Shown here: piece by piece, positions 37,076-46,404 of the stretch | How positions within the stretch are numbered: the stretch's first letter is position 1 | Layout: every line of letters starts with the position of its first letter | DNA from: Flavobacteriales bacterium | Lineage (GTDB): Bacteria > Bacteroidota > Bacteroidia > Flavobacteriales_D > Sanyastnellaceae | NCBI GenBank assembly: GCA_947452685.1 | Contig: CANGEF010000001.1 | Span: forward strand, 1-49,933 | Reading direction: 5' to 3' | DNA length: 49,933 nucleotides | Program-made: the position numbers and the translations under genes | The notes under the pieces: generated by a model | Databases searched by the model: none | What the model was told of the DNA's origin: nothing | Seen by the model: only the letters and a program-made list of their open reading frames with translations

Positions 37076-38146
37076 TTATTTTCTTTGATTCAAGACTTTC
37101 AATTGATTTTCGAAGTGAATTTTTTTCTCGGGATGAAGTTCAATCAAGCGCTTGTAGGCCTTTCGTGCACGGTCTATTTTTCCTTGGGCAGCGTACAATT
37201 TCGCCATGGTCTCCGTTACCCAATCAAAATTCTCTTCCAAGCTGTCTTTCGCGAAACTCACTCCTGTATATTGTTCAACCTTACCCGGCGTAATGCGCGG
37301 TTCCGTGGCAATGAACTTCTCTATTAAATCTATCGAAGGCTGCACTGACTCTGTCGATTTTCTTCCCTCTTCTTCATCGCTCACACTCCTCAGCCAAGTG
37401 AACAAAGCCTCGTTCTCTCCCTCTTCCGCAGGACCTTGCGCAGCACCTTTCGCAGAATCTTGCATCACATCTTTCGCAGAATCTTGCTCCGCAACATCTT
37501 CACTCACCTCAAGAAAGATAGAACTCGAAACAGCTGCCGCTAAAATTGATTTATCTAAAAAATCTAAATCTCTTCCCTCTTCTTCCCCTCTCTTATCTTC
37601 TCTTCGCTCTTCTTCCCCTCTCTTATCTTCTCTTACCTCTTGTTCTACCTTTTCTTCCCCTCTCTTATCTTCTCTTACCTCTTGTTCTACCTTTTCTTCC
37701 CCTCTCTTAACTTCTCTTCCCTCCGGTTCTTCCCCTCTCTTAACTTCTCTTCCCTCTTGTCTTACCTCTTCTTCTTCCATCATAGATGCCGCTAATTCCG
37801 ATAATGAAGTCGAAAGAGGCGATGCCGCAACTGGAGTGGCTTCGGTAATTATTTCTGGAATAATTTCGGTTGGAAGCGATGCTTCCAATTCTTTTGAATT
37901 TTCATTTTGAAGAATTGGCTCCTTCAAAAAACCATACAACCAGGTTCTGTTCGAGTGAAGGGTAGAGGCTAACGCAATTTGTCCGGAAGTCTTGTGACTT
38001 TTATTTTCTTGGTAGGCCTTCGCCAAATAAGAATGCGCTAAACTGAACCACGGGTAATTTTTGGTAAGGTTTTCCAAATCCTCAATAGGCATAGAAGCCA
38101 GCAATTGTGGCGACTTCAAAAGCTCATTGAAATTTGTGTTCTTCAT
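37076..38146 (-). CDS. Hypothetical protein with TPR-like termini and a highly charged tandem-repeat core
   Basis: ATG at 38146 (MKNTNFNELLKS), with a TAATG overlap with the upstream LptE-like gene. The C-terminus KLYAAQGKIDRARKAYKRLIELHPEK is TPR-like. The central repeats are EGREVKRGEE x2, KVEQEVREDKRGEE x2 and ERREDKRGEE. Confidence 0.6.
   Translation of the reverse strand: MKNTNFNELLKSPQLLASMPIEDLENLTKNYPWFSLAHSYLAKAYQENKSHKTSGQIALASTLHSNRTWLYGFLKEPILQNENSKELEASLPTEIIPEIITEATPVAASPLSTSLSELAASMMEEEEVRQEGREVKRGEEPEGREVKRGEEKVEQEVREDKRGEEKVEQEVREDKRGEEERREDKRGEEEGRDLDFLDKSILAAAVSSSIFLEVSEDVAEQDSAKDVMQDSAKGAAQGPAEEGENEALFTWLRSVSDEEEGRKSTESVQPSIDLIEKFIATEPRITPGKVEQYTGVSFAKDSLEENFDWVTETMAKLYAAQGKIDRARKAYKRLIELHPEKKIHFENQLKVLNQRK
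37569..37788 (-). repeat. Imperfect in-frame tandem repeats; about 220-bp polypyrimidine (plus strand) / polypurine (coding strand) tract
   Basis: The core TTCTTCCCCTCTCTTA(T/A)CTTCTCTT occurs 5 times with unit lengths of about 30, 42, 42 and 33 bp. The plus strand is almost exclusively C/T over 37569-37788. Confidence 0.85.
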
Positions 38147-38646
38147 TACCAATTCCCTACACTTGCGTTATAAATTTCTTGTCCAAGCTGATCGTTAATC
38201 TGCTTCCATAAATCTTCTTGAACAGCAAATAAACTTTGCGTTGCTTCGAAGTCTGCGAATTTCGTAAATGATTTCTCAAAATTCAAATCGGGCTCGAGCG
38301 TATTCGTGTATTTTATTTTTACTGTTATGGAAAGTCGAGTCAATGAAGCGGTTTCATTACTCTGAATGGCCATTGGAGCCACAACGTAATTTGTCACACT
38401 TCCTTCAAATTGTAAATCACCGTTCGTTTCACTCAGTGAAAGTGGACTTTGAGAGAGCATAACATCTTTCAAACCCTCCGTCAATCGCTGCGAGTAAGTA
38501 GGGGAGGCGAGAGCAGTTTGAGGTTTTAAATAAGAAACGGAAAACGTTTTGGCTCCGCTGAATTGCCCACCACTAAAAGAGTACCTTATTTCACACGAAG
38601 TGAAAGAAAGCACCAAAGCAAGCAGCATAGAGAGTCTTATTTTCAT
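38146..38646 (-). CDS. LptE-like LPS-assembly lipoprotein (putative)
   Basis: Signal peptide plus lipobox MKIRLSMLLALVLSFTSC. About 166 aa. Conserved position between the sigma-54 activator and secG, with an ATGA overlap with the activator gene. Confidence 0.55.
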   Translation of the reverse strand: MKIRLSMLLALVLSFTSCEIRYSFSGGQFSGAKTFSVSYLKPQTALASPTYSQRLTEGLKDVMLSQSPLSLSETNGDLQFEGSVTNYVVAPMAIQSNETASLTRLSITVKIKYTNTLEPDLNFEKSFTKFADFEATQSLFAVQEDLWKQINDQLGQEIYNASVGNW

Positions 38647-39872
38647 TTGCCTAAATCGTATTCTTTAATTTTACGGTACAACGTGCGCTCAGAAATTCCG
38701 AGTTCTTGAGCCGCGTATTTTCTCCTGTTTCTATGTTTTTGAAGGGCTTTTCTTATCAAGTCTTTCTCTGTTTGACTCAGTGAAAGTGATTCTTCAACTT
38801 CTTCATCTACTTCGCTGGTTCCACTTCCCAAATGTATGATATTACTCGCAGGCGTCATGCGAACAGGTAAGTCTGAATTTTGATGCTCCTCGGCCTGAAA
38901 AACTTTTTGAAACAAGGCTGCATTTTCATCTGAATTTACGAACCCAGTGCCACTTTGAATCATTTCCAAAACTAACTTTTTCAAATCTGTAAGATCGTTC
39001 CGCATATCGAACAGCACCTTGTACAAGATCTCTCGTTCACTGAAGTCACTGCTATTGCTTCCGCCCATGATCATAGGCTTATTGGTTGCAAGGTCCTGAG
39101 GTAAATAGCGAATCAATAATTCAGGGGTCACCAAACGTTCGGTTTCAAGAATACTTATTTGCTCGGTAATGTTTTTTAATTGTCGAATATTCCCTGGCCA
39201 GCGATATTCTCTCAGAGAATTCGCAGCGGAGTCTGTGAGTTGAAGAACGGGTATTCGGTAGCGTTCTGCGAAATCGGTTGCGAATTTCTTGAACAACAAT
39301 TCAATGTCTGATCCGCGTTCACGCAGCGAAGGCATGAAGATGGGAACTTGATTCAACCGATAATAAAGGTCGTCACGAAATTTTCCGTTTTGAATGGCTT
39401 GCGCGAAATTCACATTGGTGGCAGCAACCACGCGCACGTTGGTTTTTTGAACTTTAGAAGAACCGACGCGAATGAATTCTCCCGTTTCCAAAACACGAAG
39501 CAGTCGAACCTGCGTTCCCAAAGGAAGTTCTGCAACTTCATCAAGGAAAATTGTTCCCTCATTGGCTTCTTCAAAATAGCCTTTACGACTTTCATGCGCA
39601 CCTGTGAAAGATCCCTTTTCGTGTCCGAACAATTCACTGTCAATGGTCCCTTCTGGAATAGCACCGCAGTTAACGGCGATATAAGGCCCGTGTTTTCTTG
39701 AACTTAAATGATGAATAATTTTCGGGATGCTTTCCTTCCCAACACCACTTTCTCCGGTAATTAAAACCGACATGTTGGTGGCGGCAACCTGCATAGCAAT
39801 ATCCAAGGCGCGGTTAAGCGCTGGGGCATTGCCAATAATTCCATAGCGTGTTTTTACTGATTGAATTTCCAT
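38643..39872 (-). CDS. Sigma-54-dependent transcriptional activator (bEBP), AAA+ and Fis-type HTH domains only, no N-terminal sensory domain
   Basis: Walker A GESGVGKE begins at about residue 40. GSFTGA loop (a variant of GAFTGA), Walker B GTIFLDEV, R-finger region, and the C-terminal HTH AAQELGISERTLYRKIKEY. Confidence 0.85.
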   Translation of the reverse strand: MEIQSVKTRYGIIGNAPALNRALDIAMQVAATNMSVLITGESGVGKESIPKIIHHLSSRKHGPYIAVNCGAIPEGTIDSELFGHEKGSFTGAHESRKGYFEEANEGTIFLDEVAELPLGTQVRLLRVLETGEFIRVGSSKVQKTNVRVVAATNVNFAQAIQNGKFRDDLYYRLNQVPIFMPSLRERGSDIELLFKKFATDFAERYRIPVLQLTDSAANSLREYRWPGNIRQLKNITEQISILETERLVTPELLIRYLPQDLATNKPMIMGGSNSSDFSEREILYKVLFDMRNDLTDLKKLVLEMIQSGTGFVNSDENAALFQKVFQAEEHQNSDLPVRMTPASNIIHLGSGTSEVDEEVEESLSLSQTEKDLIRKALQKHRNRRKYAAQELGISERTLYRKIKEYDLGK

Positions 39873-39897
39873 AGTTGCCGTTTAGTCAAGAACTAAA

Positions 39898-39905
39898 CAA
39901 AGGTA
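39898..39905 (-). promoter_or_regulatory. -7 box candidate (TACCTTTG) upstream of the sigma-54 activator gene
   Basis: A perfect TAnnTTTG on the minus strand, 25 nt upstream of the ATG at 39872. The adjacent 6-bp inverted repeat GTGACA/TGTCAC (39912-39926) lies just upstream of it. Confidence 0.35.
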
Positions 39906-39937
39906 GCGCAAGGTGACATTCTGTCACATTAAAAAAA

Positions 39938-41374
39938 TCAATCGATGTAAGCGTCAATTTCTCCAATTAAGGTCACTGCGGTAGCAGAAAGAGCTTTTAC
40001 CCAAACATATTGGCCTATTTTCGATTCATTTTTCGGAAAAACAACTACAACGTTTTGTCCGTTGCGTCCGAAATAATGCTCCTGAGATTTTTTCGAAACG
40101 CCTTCAACCAAGACTTTATGTCGCTTGCCCACATGGGCTGCCGTGCGCTCGGAAACGCAGGACATGTGCATATCTATGATTTCATTCAGACGCTTACTTT
40201 TTACTTCTTCCGAAATATCGTCTTCGAATTTTCTTTCAGCTAACGTGCGAGGTCGTTCAGAATATTTATACATGTAGGCCATGTCGTATTTAACCTCTGC
40301 CATAAGGGAAAGGGTGTCTGCATGTTCCTCATCGGTCTCATGACTGAATCCAGCAATCACGTCTGTGCTAATCGCGCACTCAGGCATGAACTTGCGAATG
40401 GCGGCAATGCGATCGAGGTACCACTCGCGCGTGTATCCACGATTCATGCGCTTCAGCACAACTGAATTTCCACTTTGAACAGGTAAATGAATGTAATCAC
40501 AAATGTTCTCATATTTCGCCATGGTCATGAGCACCTCGTCGGTCATGTCTTTCGGATGACTGGTTGAAAAGCGCACGCGAAGTTTTGGATTAATTTCAGC
40601 AACAGCAGCAAGCAATTGAGCAAAGTTCACCGTTGGTTCGTTCGGTTCAATAATTTCTCCTTTTGCTGTGATGTTCCATTTATAACTGTCGACATTTTGA
40701 CCAAGAAGGGTTACTTCTCTGTATCCACGATTGAAAAGATCAGTTGCTTCTTCAACAATTGTTTTCGGGTCTCGACTGCGCTCTCTTCCGCGTGTAAAAG
40801 GAACTACACAAAACGAACACATGTTATCGCATCCGCGCATGATTGAAATAAAGGCTGTCACGCCGTTGCTATCGAGTCTAACCGGAGTGATTTCTCCATA
40901 CGTCTCGTCGCGGCTTAGCAAAACGTTTACGGCTTTGCTTCCATGTTCAACTTGTGAAACGAGTCGAGGTAAATCGCGGTAGGCATCTGGTCCAACAACC
41001 ATGTCAACGAGCTTTTCTTCTTCGAGGAGTTTTTCACGCAAACGCTCTGCCATACAACCGAGCACGCCCACCATCATGGCGGGTTTGCGTTTTTTTACTG
41101 AATTTAAAAATTCAAGTCTTCCGCGAATGCGTTGCTCTGCGTTATCGCGAATGGCGCAAGTGTTTAAGAGCACTAAATCGGCCTCTTCAACATCGCGTGT
41201 GGTGGTGAATCCTTCTTGCGCCATAATGGATGCAATAATTTCAGAATCTGCAAAATTCATTTGGCAACCGTAGCTCTCGAGCAACAGTTTTTTTTGCATT
41301 CCATTCGCATTTATGGGAGTCGAAACTTCCAAAATTTCGCCCTGTCTAGATTCGTCTATTTGTTTTTCTTCCAC
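39938..41374 (-). CDS. miaB: tRNA-2-methylthio-N6-dimethylallyladenosine synthase MiaB (radical SAM methylthiotransferase)
   Basis: ESYGCQMN, radical-SAM [15 protein letters not shown] and a TRAM C-terminus. The proposed GTG start at 41374 gives (V/M)[16 protein letters not shown]. The full track ORF, to 41497, would leave only 5 nt before the divergent topA and would swallow both promoter boxes. ATG 41299 is the alternative start. Confidence 0.85.
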   Translation of the reverse strand: MEEKQIDESRQGEILEVSTPINANGMQKKLLLESYGCQMNFADSEIIASIMAQEGFTTTRDVEEADLVLLNTCAIRDNAEQRIRGRLEFLNSVKKRKPAMMVGVLGCMAERLREKLLEEEKLVDMVVGPDAYRDLPRLVSQVEHGSKAVNVLLSRDETYGEITPVRLDSNGVTAFISIMRGCDNMCSFCVVPFTRGRERSRDPKTIVEEATDLFNRGYREVTLLGQNVDSYKWNITAKGEIIEPNEPTVNFAQLLAAVAEINPKLRVRFSTSHPKDMTDEVLMTMAKYENICDYIHLPVQSGNSVVLKRMNRGYTREWYLDRIAAIRKFMPECAISTDVIAGFSHETDEEHADTLSLMAEVKYDMAYMYKYSERPRTLAERKFEDDISEEVKSKRLNEIIDMHMSCVSERTAAHVGKRHKVLVEGVSKKSQEHYFGRNGQNVVVVFPKNESKIGQYVWVKALSATAVTLIGEIDAYID

Positions 41375-41399
41375 AGTGTCTGGCTGTTTTGATTGTGTG

Positions 41400-41407
41400 C
41401 AAAAATA
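41400..41407 (-). promoter_or_regulatory. -7 box candidate (TATTTTTG) for miaB
   Basis: A perfect TAnnTTTG on the minus strand, 25 nt upstream of the proposed GTG start. Confidence 0.35.
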
Positions 41408-41448
41408 ATCTATTTCTAAAGAAATACCGCATACAATCGCATAACCAA

Positions 41449-41482
41449 TTTGGAGACTAACGATTAAATGCATATACCTTTG
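41449..41482 (+). promoter_or_regulatory. Bacteroidetes-type promoter candidate for topA (TTTG-N22-TACCTTTG)
   Basis: The -33 TTTG is at 41449-41452 and the -7 box TACCTTTG at 41475-41482, 20 nt upstream of the topA ATG. Confidence 0.4.
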
Positions 41483-41502
41483 CCGCAATTCAAACACAAA
41501 AT

Positions 41503-43926
41503 ATGGCTAAAAATCTTGTTATAGTAGAGTCCCCTGCAAAGGCGAAAACCATCGAAGGATATTTGGGGAGTGACTACGTTGTGAAGGCGAGTATTGGACA
41601 CGTTCGCGATTTGCCAAAGAATAATTTTGCAGTTAGCGCCGACGGGAATTTTGACGTGACTTACGAAGTCTATCCAGATTCTGAGAAGGTGGTTAACGAG
41701 CTCACGAAATTGGCAAAAGATGCAATTAAAGATAACAAGTTTGTTTGGTTAGCGACGGATGAGGACCGCGAGGGAGAAGCTATTTCTTGGCATTTGTTGG
41801 AATCAATGAAAATCGATGAAAGTAAAACCAAGCGCATTGTTTTTTCTGAAATCACGAAAAAAGCAATTCTTGCGGCAATGGAAAAGCCAAGAACCCTTGA
41901 CATGGATTTGGTGAATGCCCAGCAGGCGAGAAGAATTTTAGATAGAATAGTGGGTTTTGAACTTTCTCCGGTATTATGGAAAAAGGTGCGACCATCTTTG
42001 AGCGCTGGTCGCGTTCAAAGTGTTGCTGTTCGATTAATTGTTGAAAGAGAGCGCGAGGTAGAGGCATTCAATGCTTCAGCATATTTCGGAATTCGAGCCA
42101 TGTTCGATTTAGGAGACGCCACGCTGAAAGCCGATTTGCCTTCACGTATTTCTGACGGATCTTCGGCTCAGTCGTTTTTAGAAGATTGTAAAAATGCCGA
42201 ATTTGCCATTGCCTCTTTGGAAACGAAGCCCGGAACACGATCACCGGCAGCGCCATTCACAACTTCAACCCTTCAACAAGAAGCAGGAAGAAAATTAGGA
42301 ATGTCTGTTAAGGCAACCATGACCGTTGCGCAGAAATTGTATGAAAGTGGGAAAATAACCTACATGAGAACTGACAGTATGAATTTGTCAGATTTCGCGA
42401 GGGATGCTGCGAAGAGCGAAATTATTTCGAGTTTCGGTGAGGCATATTCACACCCAAGAACTTTCAAAACAAAAAATAAAGGCGCTCAAGAAGCACACGA
42501 AGCCATTCGCCCTACCGACATGGCCGTTAGAACAATTGATGGAGACACCAACGAGAGGAGACTCTATGAATTAATTTGGAAAAGAACGTTGGCCAGCCAA
42601 ATGGCCGATGCGAAATTGGAAAATACCACGGCGCATGTAAACATTTCAACACGAAGTGAAACCCTTGTGGCCAAAGGTCAAGTTGTAAAATTCGAAGGAT
42701 TCTTGAAAGTGTATATGGAAGGAACAGACGATGAAGAGTCAGATGAAAGTGGTGTTCTACCTCCGTTGCATGAAGGGCAAATGCTAGATCTTAGAACAAT
42801 GGTTGCCCAAGAGAAATTCACACAGAAACCTGCGCGATACAGCGAAGCAAGTTTGGTGAAGAAGATGGAAGAGTTGGGAATCGGAAGACCTTCAACTTAC
42901 GCCTCAACAATTAACACCATTCAAGCTCGGACGTATGTTGTGAAACAAGATTTGGAAGGAAAACCTCGCCATTACGCTGTGCACACGTTGGCTAAAGGGA
43001 ATATCACTTCAGAAACTAAATCTGAAAATACCGGAGCAGAAAAATCGAAATTATTTCCAACCGACATTGGACGTGTGGTGAACGATTTCTTGGTGGAAAA
43101 TTTCCCGCTAATTCTCGATTACCATTTCACCGCGAGTGTAGAAGAAGAGTTCGATACAATCGCTGAGGGTAAAATGGATTGGAAGAAAATGTTAAACAAG
43201 TTTTACGGTCCCTTCCATGAAAATGTTGTTTCCACAACCAACGATGCTGCACGTGCATCCGGAGAGCGTTTGTTGGGTGAAGATCCAGCTACAGGAAAAC
43301 CAATCATTGCTCGCATTGGAAGGTTTGGACCTATGATTCAACTGGGAACGGCTGAAGAAGAAGTGAAGAAATTCGCATCCCTTCGTCCAACACAAAGCAT
43401 CAATACCATAACGCTTGAGGAAGCGTTAGATTTATTCAAGATGCCACGTGATCTTGGAGAATGGAACGGAGAAAAAGTCGTTGTGGGTATCGGTCGTTTT
43501 GGTCCGTATGTGAAATTCAAATCAACCTTTGCTTCCCTTCGTGTGAAAGAGGGTGACGATCCATTCACTATAGATTTGCCAAGAGCCATTCAGTTGGTGG
43601 AAGATAAAATCAATGGCGTAAATGCAAACCTCATTAAGACTTTTGCTGAGGATGAGAATGTACAAATTATTCGAGGTCGTTTCGGTCCATATTTGAAATC
43701 AGGAAATTTGAATTTCAAACTTCCAAAAGGAGCAGAGCCAAACGAAATTTCATGGGCAGATGCGCAGCAGATCATGGAAGAGCAAATGGAGCAAGCTACT
43801 AAAAAGGCCGCTTCCAGAAAGCCGGCGCCAAAAAAAGCACCTGTGAAAAAGGCTCCAGCGAAGAAGGCTGCTGCTAAGAAGGCACCTGCTAAGAAAGCTG
43901 CTGCGAAAAAATCGCCGAAGAAATAA
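41503..43926 (+). CDS. topA: DNA topoisomerase I with Lys/Ala-rich (histone H1-like) C-terminal tail
   Basis: 807 aa. TOPRIM N-terminus [25 protein letters not shown], and the active-site region ITYMRTDS. The tail is [41 protein letters not shown]. Confidence 0.95.
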   Translation: MAKNLVIVESPAKAKTIEGYLGSDYVVKASIGHVRDLPKNNFAVSADGNFDVTYEVYPDSEKVVNELTKLAKDAIKDNKFVWLATDEDREGEAISWHLLESMKIDESKTKRIVFSEITKKAILAAMEKPRTLDMDLVNAQQARRILDRIVGFELSPVLWKKVRPSLSAGRVQSVAVRLIVEREREVEAFNASAYFGIRAMFDLGDATLKADLPSRISDGSSAQSFLEDCKNAEFAIASLETKPGTRSPAAPFTTSTLQQEAGRKLGMSVKATMTVAQKLYESGKITYMRTDSMNLSDFARDAAKSEIISSFGEAYSHPRTFKTKNKGAQEAHEAIRPTDMAVRTIDGDTNERRLYELIWKRTLASQMADAKLENTTAHVNISTRSETLVAKGQVVKFEGFLKVYMEGTDDEESDESGVLPPLHEGQMLDLRTMVAQEKFTQKPARYSEASLVKKMEELGIGRPSTYASTINTIQARTYVVKQDLEGKPRHYAVHTLAKGNITSETKSENTGAEKSKLFPTDIGRVVNDFLVENFPLILDYHFTASVEEEFDTIAEGKMDWKKMLNKFYGPFHENVVSTTNDAARASGERLLGEDPATGKPIIARIGRFGPMIQLGTAEEEVKKFASLRPTQSINTITLEEALDLFKMPRDLGEWNGEKVVVGIGRFGPYVKFKSTFASLRVKEGDDPFTIDLPRAIQLVEDKINGVNANLIKTFAEDENVQIIRGRFGPYLKSGNLNFKLPKGAEPNEISWADAQQIMEEQMEQATKKAASRKPAPKKAPVKKAPAKKAAAKKAPAKKAAAKKSPKK

Positions 43927-44007
43927 ATGTGAATCATCACATTCCTTTGTTGAAATGATTTTTTAGTTGACTGAAATTGTACGGTTCCTCCGTTTAGTTT
44001 CGTGGCT

Positions 44008-45174
44008 ATGGATTTGTCAGTATTTCTCTCTCCGAGCATATTTCACGATAGCTCGAATCGCGCTTTTCCGAGCAACACGTTGGGCGCTCAGACCCGTTTT
44101 TATTTCGACGATGAAAACGATTTGAATGAAAGGCAAATAGCCATTGTTGGTGTATGTGAAGACCGGAATTCCGAGAGTAATTCTGGCTCAGCAGATGGCC
44201 CAGATGATGTTCGAAGAGAGCTTTACAAACTTTTAACCTGCGACGATTATTCGAAGATTGTTGATTTAGGAAATATTCTCCCAGGGGAAACGCCGGAGGA
44301 CACCTATTACGCGCTTTCGGAAGTTTGCACAGCATGCATGAAGTTAAACATTGTGCCTGTTGTCATTGGCGGAACGCAAGACCTTACGTATGCCACTTAC
44401 AAAGCTTACGAGGCCATGGAACAAACGGTTAACTTGGTAACGATAGATTCAAAGTTAGACTTTGGATCGAGCCCAGATGATTCCACATCTGAGGGGTATC
44501 TCAATCGAATAATTCTTCATCGTCCGAATTATTTGTTCAACTACTCGAACCTTGGGCATCAGCGTTATTTAACAGACAAGGCACTCCTTGATTTGACCAA
44601 TAAAATGTATTTCGATGCGGTTAGATTGGGAGAAATACAGCAAGATATTTCAGAAGCAGAACCCATTATTCGAAATGCCGATTTAGTGAGTTTTGACTTA
44701 AGTGCCATTCGATACTCAGAGTTTATGTCGACCGGGAAAAGTGGTCCGAATGGATTTTTCGGTCATGAAGCGGCACAACTGTGTAAGTACGCGGGTATGA
44801 GTGAAAAGCTAAGCTGCATAGGCTTTTATGAGTATAACCCTTCATTAGATGTGAGCGGTCAATCTGCAAAACTCATGGCTCAAATGATTTGGTGTTTTAT
44901 TGATGGTTACCATGCACGTAGAGGCGATTATCCGATTGCATCTCTTTCAGAGTATGAAAAGTTCATAGTGCTGTTAACCGATTCTGGCGATGAGTTGGTT
45001 TTTTACAAAAGTCACTTGACGAATCGATGGTGGTTGGAAGTTGCTTATCCGGCCGGAACAGAGGAAAAGCATGAGCGAAATCATGTGGTGCCATGCACGT
45101 ATGCCGATTATATCCTTGCTTCCCAACAGGAAATGCCAGACCGATGGTGGAAAACTTTCCAAAAATTGGTTTAG
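44008..45174 (+). CDS. Arginase/formimidoylglutamase (ureohydrolase)-fold protein with substituted metal-ligand motifs
   Basis: ATG at 44008 (the track starts at GTG 44002). Ureohydrolase-like blocks: VVIGGTQDLTY (versus GGDHS), VTIDSKLDF (versus DAHxD), VSFDLSAI (versus SxDxDxxDP) and FYEYNPSLD. Confidence 0.65.
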   Translation: MDLSVFLSPSIFHDSSNRAFPSNTLGAQTRFYFDDENDLNERQIAIVGVCEDRNSESNSGSADGPDDVRRELYKLLTCDDYSKIVDLGNILPGETPEDTYYALSEVCTACMKLNIVPVVIGGTQDLTYATYKAYEAMEQTVNLVTIDSKLDFGSSPDDSTSEGYLNRIILHRPNYLFNYSNLGHQRYLTDKALLDLTNKMYFDAVRLGEIQQDISEAEPIIRNADLVSFDLSAIRYSEFMSTGKSGPNGFFGHEAAQLCKYAGMSEKLSCIGFYEYNPSLDVSGQSAKLMAQMIWCFIDGYHARRGDYPIASLSEYEKFIVLLTDSGDELVFYKSHLTNRWWLEVAYPAGTEEKHERNHVVPCTYADYILASQQEMPDRWWKTFQKLV

Positions 45175-45372
45175 ATTAAGTTAGGTTTCCAAGAATAGTG
45201 GGCTCTTCTTTTCAAGGCTATCTTGTTGAAATTCATAGGATATGAATGGTTTATCTTTTAGTTCACATTGAATTTCGTTTGTTTTTTTTGTTTTTTTCAA
45301 TAGATTTTCTATTTTAGCAAACTCTGTAACTTCCCATTTTGGGATTTTCAGTGTTAAACGAAAGAACAAACG

Positions 45373-46326
45373 ATGAAAAAACTGTATTTTCTTCTCCTAG
45401 CGTTTTCTCTTGCTGGTGCTGTAAATGCTCAACAAGATCCACAATTCTCATTGTGGATGTTTGACAGAATTTCATTCAATCCTGCTGCCGCGGGTATTGA
45501 TAACATGCATCAAATTCAGGCTTTCCACCGTGATCAGTGGGACGGATTCAATCGTGATCCGAAAACATATTTGTTCAACTACAATGGATATGTGAAAGCT
45601 GGAGGTAGAACTGTTGGTTTGGGGCTTTCTGCAATGACTGAAGTTCTAGGTCAGGAAACAAACAAATTCGTTCGTTTGTCTGGAGCTTACCACTTGCCAA
45701 TCGGAAACAACATCCTTTCAGCAGGAGTTCAAATTGGAATGCTTTCAAAAACATTGGGGACAAATTGGGTGGCTATCGATCCAACAGATCCAAATATTCC
45801 AACAACTGGAATGTCACAAGGTGGGTTCGATGCGAACGTTGGTTTGATGTTTTACAGAAAAAACAAATACTATGCGGGAGTAAGTGCAACACATTTACCA
45901 GCTACCGATTTATCAAATTTAGGATTCACCACTGCTCGTCACCTATATATAATGGGTGGATACAACCACGATTTAAACAATGGATTAGTCATTCGTACCA
46001 ATGCGTTAATTAAAACCGACATGAAAGCGTCTCCGGCAATTGACATCAACGCGAATGTCTTGTGGAATAACCTTCTTTGGGGAGGTGTTGCATATCGCGT
46101 TGGAGATGCAATTGTACCAATGGCTGGATTGCAAATGACTTTGAATACCGTTCAACAGGGACGTTATACATATACGCATGGATTTAAAATGGGATATGCA
46201 TATGATGTAACACTTAGTGCTATTAAGAACTACAGTGCTGGATCACATGAACTCTTTTTGACCTACGAATTTAATCTTGGAAAAACACCAATACGAAGAA
46301 TTTCGGGTGATCCTCGATTATTGTAA
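45373..46326 (+). CDS. porP: T9SS membrane protein, PorP/SprF family
   Basis: Signal peptide MKKLYFLLLAFSLAGAVNAQ followed by the family N-terminal motif QDPQFSLWMFDRISFNPAAAG. 317 aa. It sits immediately upstream of gldK, as in the porPKLMN arrangement. Confidence 0.8.
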   Translation: MKKLYFLLLAFSLAGAVNAQQDPQFSLWMFDRISFNPAAAGIDNMHQIQAFHRDQWDGFNRDPKTYLFNYNGYVKAGGRTVGLGLSAMTEVLGQETNKFVRLSGAYHLPIGNNILSAGVQIGMLSKTLGTNWVAIDPTDPNIPTTGMSQGGFDANVGLMFYRKNKYYAGVSATHLPATDLSNLGFTTARHLYIMGGYNHDLNNGLVIRTNALIKTDMKASPAIDINANVLWNNLLWGGVAYRVGDAIVPMAGLQMTLNTVQQGRYTYTHGFKMGYAYDVTLSAIKNYSAGSHELFLTYEFNLGKTPIRRISGDPRLL

Positions 46327-46404
46327 CAATAAAATGAAACCCAACGCAGTTATAATTACGTTAAACTTAACCCAACAGAGTTTAGCTCATTAATTTAGGA
46401 AGTC

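Noticed and set aside
37206-37910. A 234-aa plus-strand ORF rich in Ser/Leu/Pro (SSPLLSSL repeats).
   Set aside because: It is the antisense reading of the polypurine repeat tract in the minus-strand gene 37076..38146. It stays open only because of the low-complexity composition, and the minus-strand frame has the operon context and TPR-like termini.
39911-39930. The inverted repeat GTGACA-TTC-TGTCAC downstream of miaB, considered as a possible terminator.
   Set aside because: On the miaB (minus) strand the T-run precedes the hairpin rather than following it, so it is not a canonical intrinsic terminator. It may be an operator near the activator-gene promoter, but the evidence is insufficient.
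43926-43943. A hairpin AATGTGA-ATCA-TCACATT overlapping the topA stop codon, considered as a possible terminator.
   Set aside because: The stem is only 7 bp and AT-rich, and it is followed by CCTTTGTTG rather than a T-run. That is too weak to call.
43590-44039. A 149-aa minus-strand ORF with FFAGAF repeats.
   Set aside because: It is the antisense of the AKKA-repeat tail of topA and the intergenic spacer, so it is a low-complexity artefact.
45181-45369. A 62-aa minus-strand ORF filling the arginase-like/porP intergenic region.
   Set aside because: The region is AT-rich with T-tracts and is more likely the promoter/leader of the porP-gldKLM operon. The peptide has no features and no coupling to neighbours. 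I found near-matches but no perfect TAnnTTTG box, so I did not call a promoter either.
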